A stretch of 63,579 bases of DNA, filler included, from Octopus bimaculoides (taxonomy: Eukaryota): NCBI RefSeq assembly GCF_001194135.2. It is 5 parts of 5 records of this genome, joined end to end, with 100 filler letters (N's around TTAATTAATTAA, not from the genome) between each part and the next. Parts side by side here need not be neighbours in the genome. Positions count along the whole stretch, not along the records: positions 22,728 to 43,828 come from NC_068988.1; positions 43,929 to 50,743 come from NC_068997.1; 3 more parts are not named here. The stretch is one strand, 5' to 3'. The notes below the pieces were generated by a model. It was not told where the DNA came from, did not search any database, and saw only the letters and a list, made by a program, of their open reading frames with translations. Position 1 is the stretch's first letter, and each line of letters begins with the position of its first letter. Both the position numbers and the translations under genes were made by a program. This document shows positions 36,845 to 49,630 of this stretch, piece after piece.

Positions 36845-37805
36845 AAGGTTTACCAGGTAACTACACATGCAAGTTCAATGTGCAGCCACTGATGTAGGTG
36901 TGGCTGTAGATGTCACCAGCCTCTTCATGACCTGGTGGGACAGAAAACTTAAACAATTGCTAGCAGAACAATCCACAACTTTTTCGCTTTACTGTAGGCA
37001 TGTCGATAACATTAATATTCTAGTTAGGACAAAGTGCAGTAACTGTAATGTAGAAACCGAGAGAAGCCTAATGAAGAACATCCTGTACGTAGCTAACTCC
37101 ATCCACCAAAGTATCAAGGTAACTATAGATTACCCCCACTAAGCACCATAACAATAGACTCCCTGTGTTCAGGATTGAATTTTGGTGAGAAACTGTGAAC
37201 AACAGAGTGCAGCTCTTCCACTCCTACTACAGGAAACCCATAGCTTCGAAATATGTTGTTCACAAGAAATCAGCTTTGTAACACAACATGAAAGTCAACA
37301 TACCTATAGCAGACTTAGGATAATAAACAACGTGTCCCCATAATGCGATCCCTATGAAACAAAGAAACAGGTACAGAACTTCATGCAACGCATGCAATTC
37401 TGTTGGTATGACCAGAAAGATAGGGTTCGGGTATACAGGGGAGCTAGAAATTAGATAGCATTATATGTAATGAAACCAGTGGCACCTGCACTAGATATAG
37501 AAGTAAAGACTGGAATAGGATACAAAGAATTTGTGATGAAGCAAACAGGGTGACCACGTGGCACAAAACAGAAAATATCAAGAGTTTATGTTTGTGGTGG
37601 CCACGCCTATTGGAGAACTAACCTGAAGATTTAGGAAAGCTCTAAAGAGGCCAAACTCAATATTAAGATCGTTGAAAAGCCAGGGAGCTCCATCAGATCA
37701 AAACTATACAGAGCGTACTCCTTTGAGATTACCACATGCACCAGTGATAACCGCATGGTACGTATGATTAACCCTGACATTAACTGTAGAACTAAAAATG
37801 TAGTC
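36845..37805 (+). mobile_element. Penelope-like element fragment (RT core to start of GIY-YIG), dead; clade distinct from the 52-57 kb element
   Basis: LFMTWWDRKLKQLL, LYCRHVDNINILV (RYVDD site), ANSIHQSIKVTIDYP, YYRKPIASKYVVHKKSAL, FMQRMQF and IKIVEKPGSSIRSKL..TCTSDN....INCRTKNVV. Confidence 0.82.
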
Positions 37806-38501
37806 TTCTCTCTCTTTATCTATCTATCTATATAACTTTCTATCTATCAGTTTATCTTTCACGCATACACGCACGCACGTACTCCCAAACACACGCGCAC
37901 ACGATCACACACACAGACACACTCTATTTCTCTTTCAACAACAACTTTTTGTTCTCCCCTTCTTGTAAAAATATGTTGTGGCGTATATCTTGAATCCGGC
38001 CCTTCATCAATCGCTATTACCGATGTTGCAACAGACAGACACGGTGATGCGCTTGTCTTTTATAATAGATTTCTTTACTTTTAGCTGTCCAAATTTGGTA
38101 TCCCTTGTAGTGACAGACGAGATGTTTTAAACTGTCTATTACAAGGATAATTTTCATTCATTTTAAATGATCAGTTTTCTATTTCCAATTAACTAAAATA
38201 TAATTTAAGTGATATTTAGAACTTCCAAAAATATTTCTAAATATTATGGGATTTATATTTCAATATGATAAATTTGTTGACTCTTAATCGCGTTGTAATA
38301 AAATGTAATTGCTACTTAATTAAATTTGTCTTTTAATTTATTGCAATTACTTAAACGCATTTTTGTATGAAATTTGTCAAGTTAGTTATTTCATAATCCC
38401 GTGTTAGTTGTTTTTTAGGTGATTAAAAACTTGAAAGAAGAGTTCATATTTTCCGATTTAGTAAAAAGTCATTCACTTCGTCATTATTAATGGTTCTTTA
38501 A

Positions 38502-39066
38502 GGCGGTGAGCTGGCAGAAACGTTAGCACGTCGGGCGAAATGCTTAGCGGTATTTCGTCTGCCGTTACGTTCTGAGTTCAAATTCCACCGAGATCGACTT
38601 CACCCTTTCAGGGTCGATGAAATAAGTACCAGTTACGCACGGGGGTCGATGTAGTCGGCTAGCCCCTCCTCCAAAGTTTCAGGCTTTGTGTCTACAGTAT
38701 AAAGGATTATTGATGGCGCTTAAGATGGCCAGCTGGCAGAATCATTAGCAAACTGGACAATAATTTTGAGTGTTATTTTGTTTGTCGTAACGCTTTGAGT
38801 TCAAATTCCGCTGAGGTCGACTACTACGTTCAATCAAACCGACTAATCTCCACCCCAAGTTTCAGGCTTCTGCCTATATTAGAACAGGTTACTAATGGTG
38901 TTTGAAGGCATTTCATCCGTATTTACCGTCTGATTTCACTTTCCACTGACACCCACGTTGCCTTCCATCCTTCTGGAGTCGATGAAATAATTGCCAATCA
39001 CATACTGGGGACCGATGTAATTGAGTAGACCCGTCTCTAAAATTATCAAGCCTTTTGCTTATAGTA
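38502..39066 (+). mobile_element. Tandem array of three SINE family A copies
   Basis: Heads at about 38502 and 38725, a 5'-truncated third copy from about 38908, and three GAGTTCAAATTCC/GTCGATGAAATAA cores. Confidence 0.88.
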
Positions 39067-41395
39067 ATGTTGTTTGATAGACAATCTGCCGTTGTATTCC
39101 CTTGTTCAGTTCTTGTTCATCTCTTGTCATCCATTCTATATCTCATCCAACGAAACTTACTTTAGATATTTTTTCTTATCACGTCTCGCAAAACAATAAT
39201 CAACTTCAAGTTGAAGATGAACAGCAACTTTAACATTTGATTATAGTTGTGGGTGTGTCCATCCTTCTAAAATTTAAAATGTAAATAAGAAGCAGATACT
39301 GATTATTATCCCTTCAGGGGCAATATTAGAAACACCAGTTATAAATTGCAACTGATTTCAATTATTAATTGAAGCTCTTTCATGCATATTTGATTTCATT
39401 CACCGATGTTATCAATGAATCTTACTTCCACTACTGCTGCTGCTTTTGCTGCTACGGTTGCTGCTGTTATTGCTGCTGCTGTTGCTGCTGCTACGAGAAA
39501 AGTTGTTGATGTTGCTGTTGCTGTTGCAACTCCATGTCTACTATTATTGCATTGTTGTATCTTTAGAAGTGAATCTATACATAGGCACAGTCATGATTAT
39601 GCAATAAAGAAATTCGCTTTATGAACATGTTGTTTCAAATTCAATCTCACCGTGTAGCACCTGGGGCAAATGTTTCTTGCTATATACAGAATCTTAGCAC
39701 ACAAATATACAGACTTTCTTACTCTTCGTTACCTTAGCAGTATTAATAATTGAATAAGAGAAAATGGTTCCAAATTGTAAATGAAACTGATGCTAATTTT
39801 CTCGATAAGCACGCGTATTTGCTTCACAGTGTTTAGCTATTGTTCAAATCTTGAATGATCTAAAAGGAGTAACTGAAGAGTTTTTGTACTCATTACTTTC
39901 GCAAAGACCTCAGCGAGCTAAAAGCTTACGAGATTAATATGTATTATGATAGAATGCATCAATTTACATTTGTAACAATTTTATAACGTTGCCGGTGCAC
40001 AGCAAATAGCTTCGCTCTCCACTACACTACATATATTAAGATACATGAAGAATGCACAATTCTTTTTTATGTTGTGTCGTATAAAAATAAAATATATGTT
40101 GTGAACATGGAGTAGAAGCTAAAATTAAGCACTTTGTGAAGCAAGTTCATATTCCCCCATTTCGATTCCAAACTAACGCCAAGAAAAGTACTTGTCAATA
40201 CATTTTGTGTAAAGTTTGTGTAAATTTAAGTATTATGTCTTTTAGTGTGAAATCGAATCTATATCACAGAACGATTTTGACTACGTATCCTTTATGCGAT
40301 CATCCAATAACCATAGAATTGATTCCTTTCATAAAAGAACAAATTCAATCGGAAGCAGTATAGTTGCTGAATATATTCCGGTACATAATAAATGCTAATT
40401 TTCTCAAACGTTATGGTGATTAACACCAGTTGCCCGTCATAGGATTTGAAATTTGAGAAATCTCATCTAATATTGTTAAAACTAAATATTGTGAAAAGTT
40501 TACTAGTTCCGCGGCTATTTCTTCATTCAAAATACTCTCAATCGTGTCTTAGATATAAGGATTTAAAATGAGAGCTTAAATAGTAATTTTCTAATGAACT
40601 CCTCTGACAAAGAGATAGAGTATTAGAGAAAGACAGACGTATAAAAGTGAAAGTGTCTCAGATGTCAGCTTCAACTTTTAAGCAAAGTATTTGAAATATC
40701 AATCTGTCTTTCTGTCATCGATGTCAATAGATTTTTGAATGGTTAGTATGAAACAACTTTAGGATATTATTCTATTTCGATAAAAGACATTATTCAGCCC
40801 TCCTCCTTCGTATTTTTATCTTTAAGAGAACATGATCCGACAATAATACAAAAAACAACAAATTGTAAGGAATGTCCCTCATGGAATATATTTGTATGGT
40901 TTCTTTAGGTTGCACAATCTTGAAGCGTTGTTGGTCTTCTATTTTAAATAAACTGTGAATGGTAAAATAAAAGTTAGAAAAGATTTAGAAATATTGTTTC
41001 TTTTTGCTTGTTTTTATGTTCATTTTTATATGTAAACATATCTATGGTAGGTTGTGGTAGAGAATGTACACAATATGAAAATATTCATATATATTATTCA
41101 TATATTTTCTATACCTAAAAAAAAACATGAAGATTAATCTACAAAATTTCAAATTTTTCATTTCCTGTGCGAAATTATGCAGATAATTGCATTAATGGAT
41201 ATTACATATATAAGCAGATATGTAACTCCATNNNNNNNNNNNNNNNNNNNNNNNNNNNNNNNNNNNNNNNNNNNNNNNNNNNNNNNNNNNNNNNNNNNNN
41301 NNNNNNNNNNNNNNNNNNNNNNNNNNNNNNNNNNNNNNNNNNNNNNNNNNNNNNNNNNNNNNNNNNNNNNNNNNNNNNNNNNNNNNNNNNNNNNN

Positions 41396-41447
<52 letters not shown>

Positions 41448-41454
41448 GTTATTG

Positions 41455-42968
41455 TTGTTGTCTGCGAGAAGCTGATTTCAGTGGAGCAAGTGGAAGATGT
41501 ATCGGGCCGCTGCGTGGGGCGCAAATCATCAGGGTTGGATGGTCTGCCCTATGAAATATATGCTCACAAATCGGACCTCTTTGCCCCGGTTTTAGCAGCT
41601 CTCTACTGCTCCTGCCAATAAAAGGGACGCATTCTTAGTCGTGTGAGCGGGGGTGTTGTGATGCTGTTGAGAAACGATCCGAACGAGGAGGATGTGATTG
41701 AACACCTGAGGCCCATAACTACTCATCACTGAGTTAAAGGTTTTAGTTAAGATCCTCGCCAAGAGGCTGGCGTTTGTTGTCGGTAGTATAGTCTGAGATG
41801 CACAAACCCGTGCGATCCCCGGTAGATCTATCCACGGCAATCTCCACCTCATGCGATTCATCCTAGAACGGGTCGGAAATAGATCGGGCTTTGGAGGGGC
41901 ACTGGTCAGTTTGGACCACTCCAAAGCTTTTGACAGGGTGGACCATCGCTATCTAGTGTCTGTCCTAAAAGCTGTCGGTTTAGGTCCCGTCTTCAGAGGC
42001 TGGATCACCACAATATATGGTGGCACATGCTTGGTTGTCAACGGAATGGCTACATCTCGGAACCTTTCAGTAGTGAACGTTCGGTACGCTAAGGATACTC
42101 CATCTCCACGCTTTTATATATTTTAGCTTTAAAACCCTTGCTGCGAAGAGTGGCAAATTTGAGGGGTGTCCCGCTGTAACTAGGTCACAGAAGAGTTGTG
42201 TCTGCAAACGCGAACTACGTCACTATCATGGTGTCAGACTCTTCGGGAATAGAAAAGGTTAACACTATACTGAAGGAATATCAGGAATGCACAGGAGCAC
42301 ACATAAACCGGGACAAGTCAGTAGGTCTGCAACTAGGCTCTTGTAGAGGCAAGTCGATTAGTAGTGATTTCCGCCGCTGGACGGAGAGTACGAGGGAAAG
42401 TCCTCAGTGTTTCGTTCGGACTGGTAAGAGTTTGTATTAGGGTGGCCGAGTTCACCCAGAAATGGACAGAAAGGAAGCTGTCTCTGAAATGTCAGGCAGA
42501 AGGAGCAAATGCATATATCGCCTCGGTTGTGTACTACCACCTAGCCGTCGTACTATGTCTTAAGAAAACTGTGACCAGATTAAAGCGCTGCTTGCTTTTC
42601 TGATTCTTATAGAAGTGTCAGGTTTCAGTGGTCAAAAAATCCATCTGCTGTCAACACCGACACCATGTAGTTTTGGGATGCCATCCTTAATGATGCAGCG
42701 CCACGATTTGAGGCTGTCGTACGTACGGAAATATTAAATTCACTCCGATGATGTGGATGACAACGAAAATAAGGGTGACCTGGTGTGGATGTCATTCGTG
42801 CGACACGTCTTTCCGCAGCTCATTTCATTGACTGAGCTTCAGTCATGGGTCAAACGTAGATCAAGGTTGGGCGCTTGTCATCTAGAATGTTGCCAGGGGC
42901 TCACTGTATTGTACCAGCAGCTCAAAACCGTTAGCGGGAAGACAACCCAAAATTTCTATGTAATCAAG
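41455..42968 (+). mobile_element. Tx1/L1-clade LINE RT fragment, dead
   Basis: KSSGLDGLPYEIY, LRPITxLITELKVLVKILAKRL, [51 protein letters not shown] (YADD site), EYQECTGAHINRDKSVGL; stops and frameshifts. Confidence 0.92.
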
Positions 42969-43015
42969 TAGTCCCCCAACGCCCCAAAATTTCAAGCGTT
43001 TATTGTTACTACTAC

Positions 43016-43226
43016 TAAGGAGTGAGCTGGCAGAATCGTTAGCACACCAGGCAAATGCTTAGCTCACTTCGTCCGTCTATACGTTTTGTGTTCAAATTCC
43101 CCTGAAATCGACTTTGCCATGCATCCTTTCGGGTTAATAAATTATGTACCAGTGAAACACATGATTCGATGTAATCCACTAGTCTCTTCCCACCAAATTT
43201 AAGGCTTTGTGCCTATCGTAGAAAGG

Positions 43227-43230
<4 letters not shown>
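43016..43230 (+). mobile_element. SINE family A with long (TAT)n tail
   Basis: TAAGGAGTGAGCTGGCAGAATCGTTAGCAC...GCTTTGTGCCTATCGTAGAAAGGATTATT. Confidence 0.9.
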
Positions 43231-43291
<61 letters not shown>

Positions 43292-43292
<1 letters not shown>

Positions 43293-43828
43293 GAGTGAGA
43301 GAGCAGTGCATGCACTCAAAGTGACAAAGGGGTAAAATATACGAAGCCCAGTATACCCATTATGACTACCCGACTGATAAGGGTACACCAGGCACATGCA
43401 TCACAACCATATGTACGCGACATGGTGATCTCGCATCAAGATAAACAGCACATGACCTCGAAGGTGGGGCCCAGTTAGAATTTTTTTCAGGTCGAGTAGC
43501 CCATCCTGCTCAAAAGGTCCCTGAATAAGGTTTGTTTAAGGATGTTGAGCAAAACACCCATGTTTCCAAAGGTGAATTATTCAAACCCCAAAGAATTCCT
43601 CTCAGCACATAGCTATGATGCTCCCCCACTATTTCTGTTCATGATCAGAGATGCACATATCGTCAGCCACCAAGGGACATACATGCTCAACTAATTAAGG
43701 TCAAACAACTGACAAGCAAATCTGTGGTATTAAGCAGAATATTTGCTGTAGCCCATATTTTTATACCAAGACAAAACAATGTACATGATAACACTTCCAA
43801 TCAATTAAGAGCAGAAGCCATGAGAGCC
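43292..43828 (-). mobile_element. Non-coding interspersed retro-element family E with (AAT)n tail, truncated by a gap
   Basis: The minus strand ends GCATGCACTGCTCTCTCACTCA-(ATA)n. Homologous pieces lie at 17704-17846 and 51012-51034. Confidence 0.75.
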
Positions 43829-43872
43829 NNNNNNNNNNNNNNNNNNNNNNNNNNNNNNNNNNNNNNNNNNNN

Positions 43873-43884
43873 TTAATTAATTAA
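43873..43884. other. Assembly spacer TTAATTAATTAA
   Basis: 44 N on each side. Confidence 0.95.
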
Positions 43885-43928
43885 NNNNNNNNNNNNNNNN
43901 NNNNNNNNNNNNNNNNNNNNNNNNNNNN

Positions 43929-43966
<38 letters not shown>

Positions 43967-44179
43967 GAACACACACACGTACGTAGAAACACAACCACAC
44001 ATATATGCATGCATACATACATGCATACATACATGCATACATTTCTACGTATGTATCACCCTTTTACGATATCTATGTTCCCATTGAGGAACAATAGATG
44101 CCATAAAAAACTAGCAGAGGAACGCGTAGAGATCACATAAGGAACCCATATTACGAAGTACAATAACAAAATGATATTC

Positions 44180-44308
44180 AATGCTGCTGCTGCTACTACT
44201 ACTACTACTACTACTACCACTACTACTACTGATCATGATCATAATAATTATAAAAATAATAGTAGTAACATTAATAATGATAACATCATCAACAACAACA
44301 ACAACAAC

Positions 44309-44406
<98 letters not shown>

Positions 44407-45204
44407 TAATAATGATAATAATGATGATAACGTTGACGATGACGATAATAATAGTAATAGTACTAGTTATAATTATTATGACAATAACAATAACGATATT
44501 AATATTAACAATCGGCATAATAATAAGAAATACATAACAACAGTAACAGCAACAACAACGACAACAATAATAATAATAATGATGATAATAATATTAATAA
44601 TAATGATAATATAAATTTTATAGACATCTCACAAAAAATATGTACAAATGTAAGAAAAAAGAATGAAAACATAGACAATAAGAAGAAAAAAAAATCAAAA
44701 TTTCAAATTTTTCTCCATTTTTCAATCGATATGCTTTCATATTTTGCAAAAATTTTTGTTGCTTTTAATAGAGAATTGCCATCAAAGCGGCAAATATGGA
44801 GGAAAATATGATCATCGTCGTCGGTCTCCTCCTCCTCCTCCTCGTCATCATCATCATCCCCACCACCACCATCACCACCACCACCACCACCACCACCATC
44901 ATCATCACCATCATCATCATCATCATCATCATCNNNNNNNNNNNNNNNNNNNNNNNNNNNNNNNNNNNNNNNNNNNNNNNNNNNNNNNNNNNNNNNNNNN
45001 NNNNNNNNNNNNNNNNNNNNNNNNNNNNNNNNNNNNNNNNNNNNNNNNNNNNNNNNNNNNNNNNNNNNNNNNNNNNNNNNNNNNNNNNNNNNNNNNNNNN
45101 NNNNNNNNNNNNNNNNNNNNNNNNNNNNNNNNNNNNNNNNNNNNNNNNNNNTTATCATCACCGTCACCATCTTCAACACCATCACCACCACCACCACCAC
45201 CACC

Positions 45205-45237
<33 letters not shown>

Positions 45238-45400
45238 CATCATCATTAGCACTGCCACCCCCTCCACCATCACCACCATCCTCCTTACCCCATTCATTAC
45301 CCTCATCATCAGCATCAACACCATCAGCATCAGCATCAGTAGCAGCGGCATCAACACAAACAACAACACCCGAATCTAAAGGAACCTGGATTACAATAAC
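44180..45400. repeat. Cluster of compound trinucleotide arrays (AAT/AAC/GAT; CAT/CAC)
   Basis: Directly visible. The poly-N/H/I/P ORFs are artefacts. Confidence 0.93.
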
Positions 45401-45861
45401 AACAACATCAGAAATATTGGGAACAAGAGAATATATGTCATTCTAAAATATACAAAAGAACAAACATTACTCCCCCAGCTCCCAGCCCCTCCCCTCTCTA
45501 ATTTTCAATAATAAATAAATTTTATTCATATCTTTCTTTTTTATAAATTTTTATCTCTGCATTCTTATAAATATATTCGTGACTTCGACAGAAAACTTCT
45601 GCCAGGAAATAGAAAATTTATGATATCGAGTCTAACTTTTATTTTATTCGTATATCTGCGCATATGTGAGTGTATATTTGTATGTGCAAGAGTGTGTGTG
45701 TATACGCTTTTCTATGTATGTATGTCTAGGTGGATATTTCAGACAGTGGATTGTTGTTGTTATTGTTGTTTTCAATTATTTCGCACATATATTGCTAATT
45801 CTCTTAATGCATTAAGCAGAACTGTTAATATAAACTTCGTAGACAAAAATTTTAATGTATC

Positions 45862-45908
<47 letters not shown>

Positions 45909-46185
45909 TAATGATGATGATGATGATGATGATGTTGATGACTGGAAGGAGAGAAAATAAATAAATTATGAATAATGTAAAAGATATTAAAATGCATAAA
46001 ATAAATTCCCTGGTCATATAAATATATTTAAGTTGTTTTAAATCCCGATGTACGCACATTCAATGAACTACCAATCATATACATACTTACATTTATGCAT
46101 ACATACATGCATACGTGCGAACTCACGTACATACACACACACACGCATACATACGTTCATACACAAACATATTCATGTATCTGTC

Positions 46186-46252
<67 letters not shown>

Positions 46253-46692
46253 GCATGTGTGTGTATCTGTGTATGTATGAAAACATATATATATATTTAT
46301 ATATATCCAAGTGCGTGCATGTGTGTATCTGTTGTGTGTGTGTTTGTGAGTGCACGCACATGTGTAATTTGAAAAGTTCTGGCTCTTTACTTTTAAAAGG
46401 GTTCAAACCCCAGTAAAGTTAGCTTTGCCTTTTATCCTTTCGGGGGTCTATGAATATATTACCAGTTCTGTACGAGTGTCAATCCTTCTCTTTCGTTCCC
46501 TCTTTTCTGTCTTTCTAATTACTTGTAGAATAATCTACCAGATTAACATATTAAAGAACGGCAGCTGTCCAACATGTCAGGTATGTCAATAACAAAATGA
46601 AACCATTGATCACGTTGTCTCCATGTGCAGTCTTCTTGCACATACAGAGTGTCTCAACAAGCATGATACTATATTCACTGGGTAATTTGCAA

Positions 46693-46886
46693 AAATTTTC
46701 TTATGTTTCCTTAAACATTTTCTAGAACACTACTATGTACAAAACCAAATATACGACACCCTAGGCATAACACCAACATGAACTTCTAACTTGTTGTCTC
46801 TTGAGGTTTCTGGGTGAGACTTGGAGCCAACTTGTACAAATGTAGAGCAAACGTCAAACATAATAATAATAATAATAATAATAATA

Positions 46887-46920
<34 letters not shown>
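46693..46920 (+). mobile_element. R4/Dong-like non-LTR element 3' UTR with (AAT)n tail, severely 5'-truncated
   Basis: About 90% identical by eye to the 3' UTR of the 47867-48151 copy. Confidence 0.78.
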
Positions 46921-47866
46921 NNNNNNNNNNNNNNNNNNNNNNNNNNNNNNNNNNNNNNNNNNNNNNNNNNNNNNNNNNNNNNNNNNNNNNNNNNNNNNNN
47001 NNNNNNNNNNNNNNNNNNNNNNNNNNNNNNNNNNNNNNNNNNNNNNNNNNNNNNNNNNNNNNNNNNNNNNNNNNNNNNNNNNNNNNNNNNNNNNNNNNNN
47101 NNNNNNNNNNNNNNNNNNNNNNNNNNNNNNNNNNNNNNNNNNNNNNNNNNNNNNNNNNNNNNNNNNNNNNNNNNNNNNNNNNNNNNNNNNNNNNNNNNNN
47201 NNNNNNNNNNNNNNNNNNNNNNNNNNNNNNNNNNNNNNNNNNNNNNNNNNNNNNNNNNNNNNNNNNNNNNNNNNNNNNNNNNNNNNNNNNNNNNNNNNNN
47301 NNNNNNNNNNNNNNNNNNNNNNNNNNNNNNNNNNNNNNNNNNNNNNNNNNNNNNNNNNNNNNNNNNNNNNNNNNNNNNNNNNNNNNNNNNNNNNNNNNNN
47401 NNNNNNNNNNNNNNNNNNNNNNNNNNNNNNNNNNNNNNNNNNNNNNNNNNNNNNNNNNNNNNNNNNNNNNNNNNNNNNNNNNNNNNNNNNNNNNNNNNNN
47501 NNNNNNNNNNNNNNNNNNNNNNNNNNNNNNNNNNNNNNNNNNNNNNNNNNNNNNNNNNNNNNNNNNNNNNNNNNNNNNNNNNNNNNNNNNNNNNNNNNNN
47601 NNNNNNNNNNNNNNNNNNNNNNNNNNNNNNNNNNNNNNNNNNNNNNNNNNNNNNNNNNNNNNNNNNNNNNNNNNNNNNNNNNNNNNNNNNNNNNNNNNNN
47701 NNNNNNNNNNNNNNNNNNNNNNNNNNNNNNNNNNNNNNNNNNNNNNNNNNNNNNNNNNNNNNNNNNNNNNNNNNNNNNNNNNNNNNNNNNNNNNNNNNNN
47801 NNNNNNNNNNNNNNNNNNNNNNNNNNNNNNNNNNNNNNNNNNNNNNNNNNNNNNNNNNNNNNNNNA

Positions 47867-48151
47867 CCCCAAAATGGCTGAAGTTCAAAAGATAGTGCTC
47901 ATGGGAACTGCCCATATCCTACGTAAAATACTGTCTATGTGATGTCAAATTTTAAAACAAACACATAATTTTCTTATGGTTTCTTAAACATTCACTAGAA
48001 CAAAACTGTACAAATCCAAATATATGGTACCCTAGGCATAACACCTACATGAACTTCTAACTTGTTGTCTCTTGAGGTCTCTGGGTGAGACTTGGATCCA
48101 ACTTGTACAAATGCAAAACAAAAGTCAAACATAAAATAATAATAATAATAA
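47867..48151 (+). mobile_element. R4/Dong-like non-LTR element C-terminus, 3' UTR and (AAT)n tail
   Basis: PKMAEVQKIVLMGTAHILRKILSM* matches the QK..L.GT..ILR..L terminus of RLE-type R4/Dong elements. The upstream part is in a ~950-N gap. Confidence 0.78.
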
Positions 48152-48179
48152 ACAAAGCTGAATGCAAGGAACAAGATCG

Positions 48180-48287
48180 AAGCGATCAATACTTCTTTTA
48201 TCGACTTCGGCGGAATTTGAACTCAGAACATAAATCGACAGAAATTGCATCAAGCAAGGTTCTAACAATTCTACCAGCTCGCCGTCT

Positions 48288-48288
<1 letters not shown>
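48180..48288 (-). mobile_element. SINE family A 5' fragment
   Basis: TTTATCGACTTCGGCGGAATTTGAACTCAGAAC..AATTCTACCAGCTCGCCGTCTTA. Confidence 0.75.
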
Positions 48289-48340
<52 letters not shown>

Positions 48341-49372
48341 TGTTGGAGATTTCTGTTGAACTATAAAATGATAATTATTGCTAACATAGACGCAAGGACT
48401 CTATTGTATTTCGCTGGTAGATACTTTGCCGATACTGGATCGATATGGTCCGGGATCGATATAAGCAAAATACGGATCTGCCGTGATTTCTATTGAGAAC
48501 GTAAAGAGACGGAAAGACGAGACAAAATACGGCCCAGCGTTTTATCGACACTTCGTTAATTGAGATTTTGTTCGTTCTATCAATAGTAATTTATCATGTG
48601 GCACTTGAATGACAGTGGTGAATAATGTGCCGCAGTGAAGGGAGAAGGGTGCATGTCATGTGATTTGAAATTCTGTAAGAGTAACATGTAAAAAGAAAAA
48701 GACATATGAAACAAACACACACATATATATATATATACATATATATGTATATATGTATATATACATATATATATTTAAANNNNNNNNNNNNNNNNNNNNN
48801 NNNNNNNNNNNNNNNNNNNNNNNNNNNNNNNNNNNNNNNNNNNNNNNNNNNNNNNNNNNNNNNNNNNNNNNNNNNNNNNNNNNNNNNNNNNNNNNNNNNN
48901 NNNNNNNNNNNNNNNNNNNNNNNNNNNNNNNNNNNNNNNNNNNNNNNNNNNNNNNNNNNNNNNNNNNNNNNNNNNNNNNNNNNNNNNNNNNNNNNNNNNN
49001 NNNNNNNNNNNNNNNNNNNNNNNNNNNNNNNNNNNNNNNNNNNNNNNNNNNNNNNNNNNNNNNNNNNNNNNNNNNNNNNNNNNNNNNNNNNNNNNNNNNN
49101 NNNNNNNNNNNNNNNNNNNNNNNNNNNNNNNNNNNNNNNNNNNNNNNNNNNNNNNNNNNNNNNNNNNNNNNNNNNNNNNNNNNNNNNNNNNNNNNNNNNN
49201 NNNNNNNNNNNNNNNNNNNNNNNNNNNNNNNNNNNNNNNNNNNNNNNNNNNNNNNNNNNNNNNNNNNNNNNNNNNNNNNNNNNNNNNNNNNNNNNNNNNN
49301 NNNNNNNNNNNNNNNNNNNNNNNNNNNNNNNNNNNNNNNNNNNNNNNNNNNNNNNNNNNNNNNNNNNNNNNN

Positions 49373-49630
49373 AGACGGAAACTGAAAGAATCCCGTCGTA
49401 TATATATATATATATGTATATGTATATATTTATGTGTGTGTGTGTTTGTGTGTCTGTGTTTGTCCCCCCAACATCGCTTAACAACCCGTAACTTAGCGGT
49501 TCGACAAAAGAGAACAATAGAATAAGTAATAGGCATCCAAAAAATAAGCCCTGGGTCGATTTGCTCGACCTAAAGGCGGTGCTCCAGCATGGCCACAGTC
49601 AAATGACTGAAACAAATAAAAGAGTAAAGA
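49373..49630 (+). mobile_element. SINE family B (end of head, internal microsatellite, 3' half)
   Basis: AGACGGAAACTGAAAGAATCCCGTCG-(TA/TG)-GTCCCCCCAACATCGCTT..AAGGCGGTGCTCCAGCATGGCCACAGTCAAATGACTGAAACAA. Confidence 0.92.
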
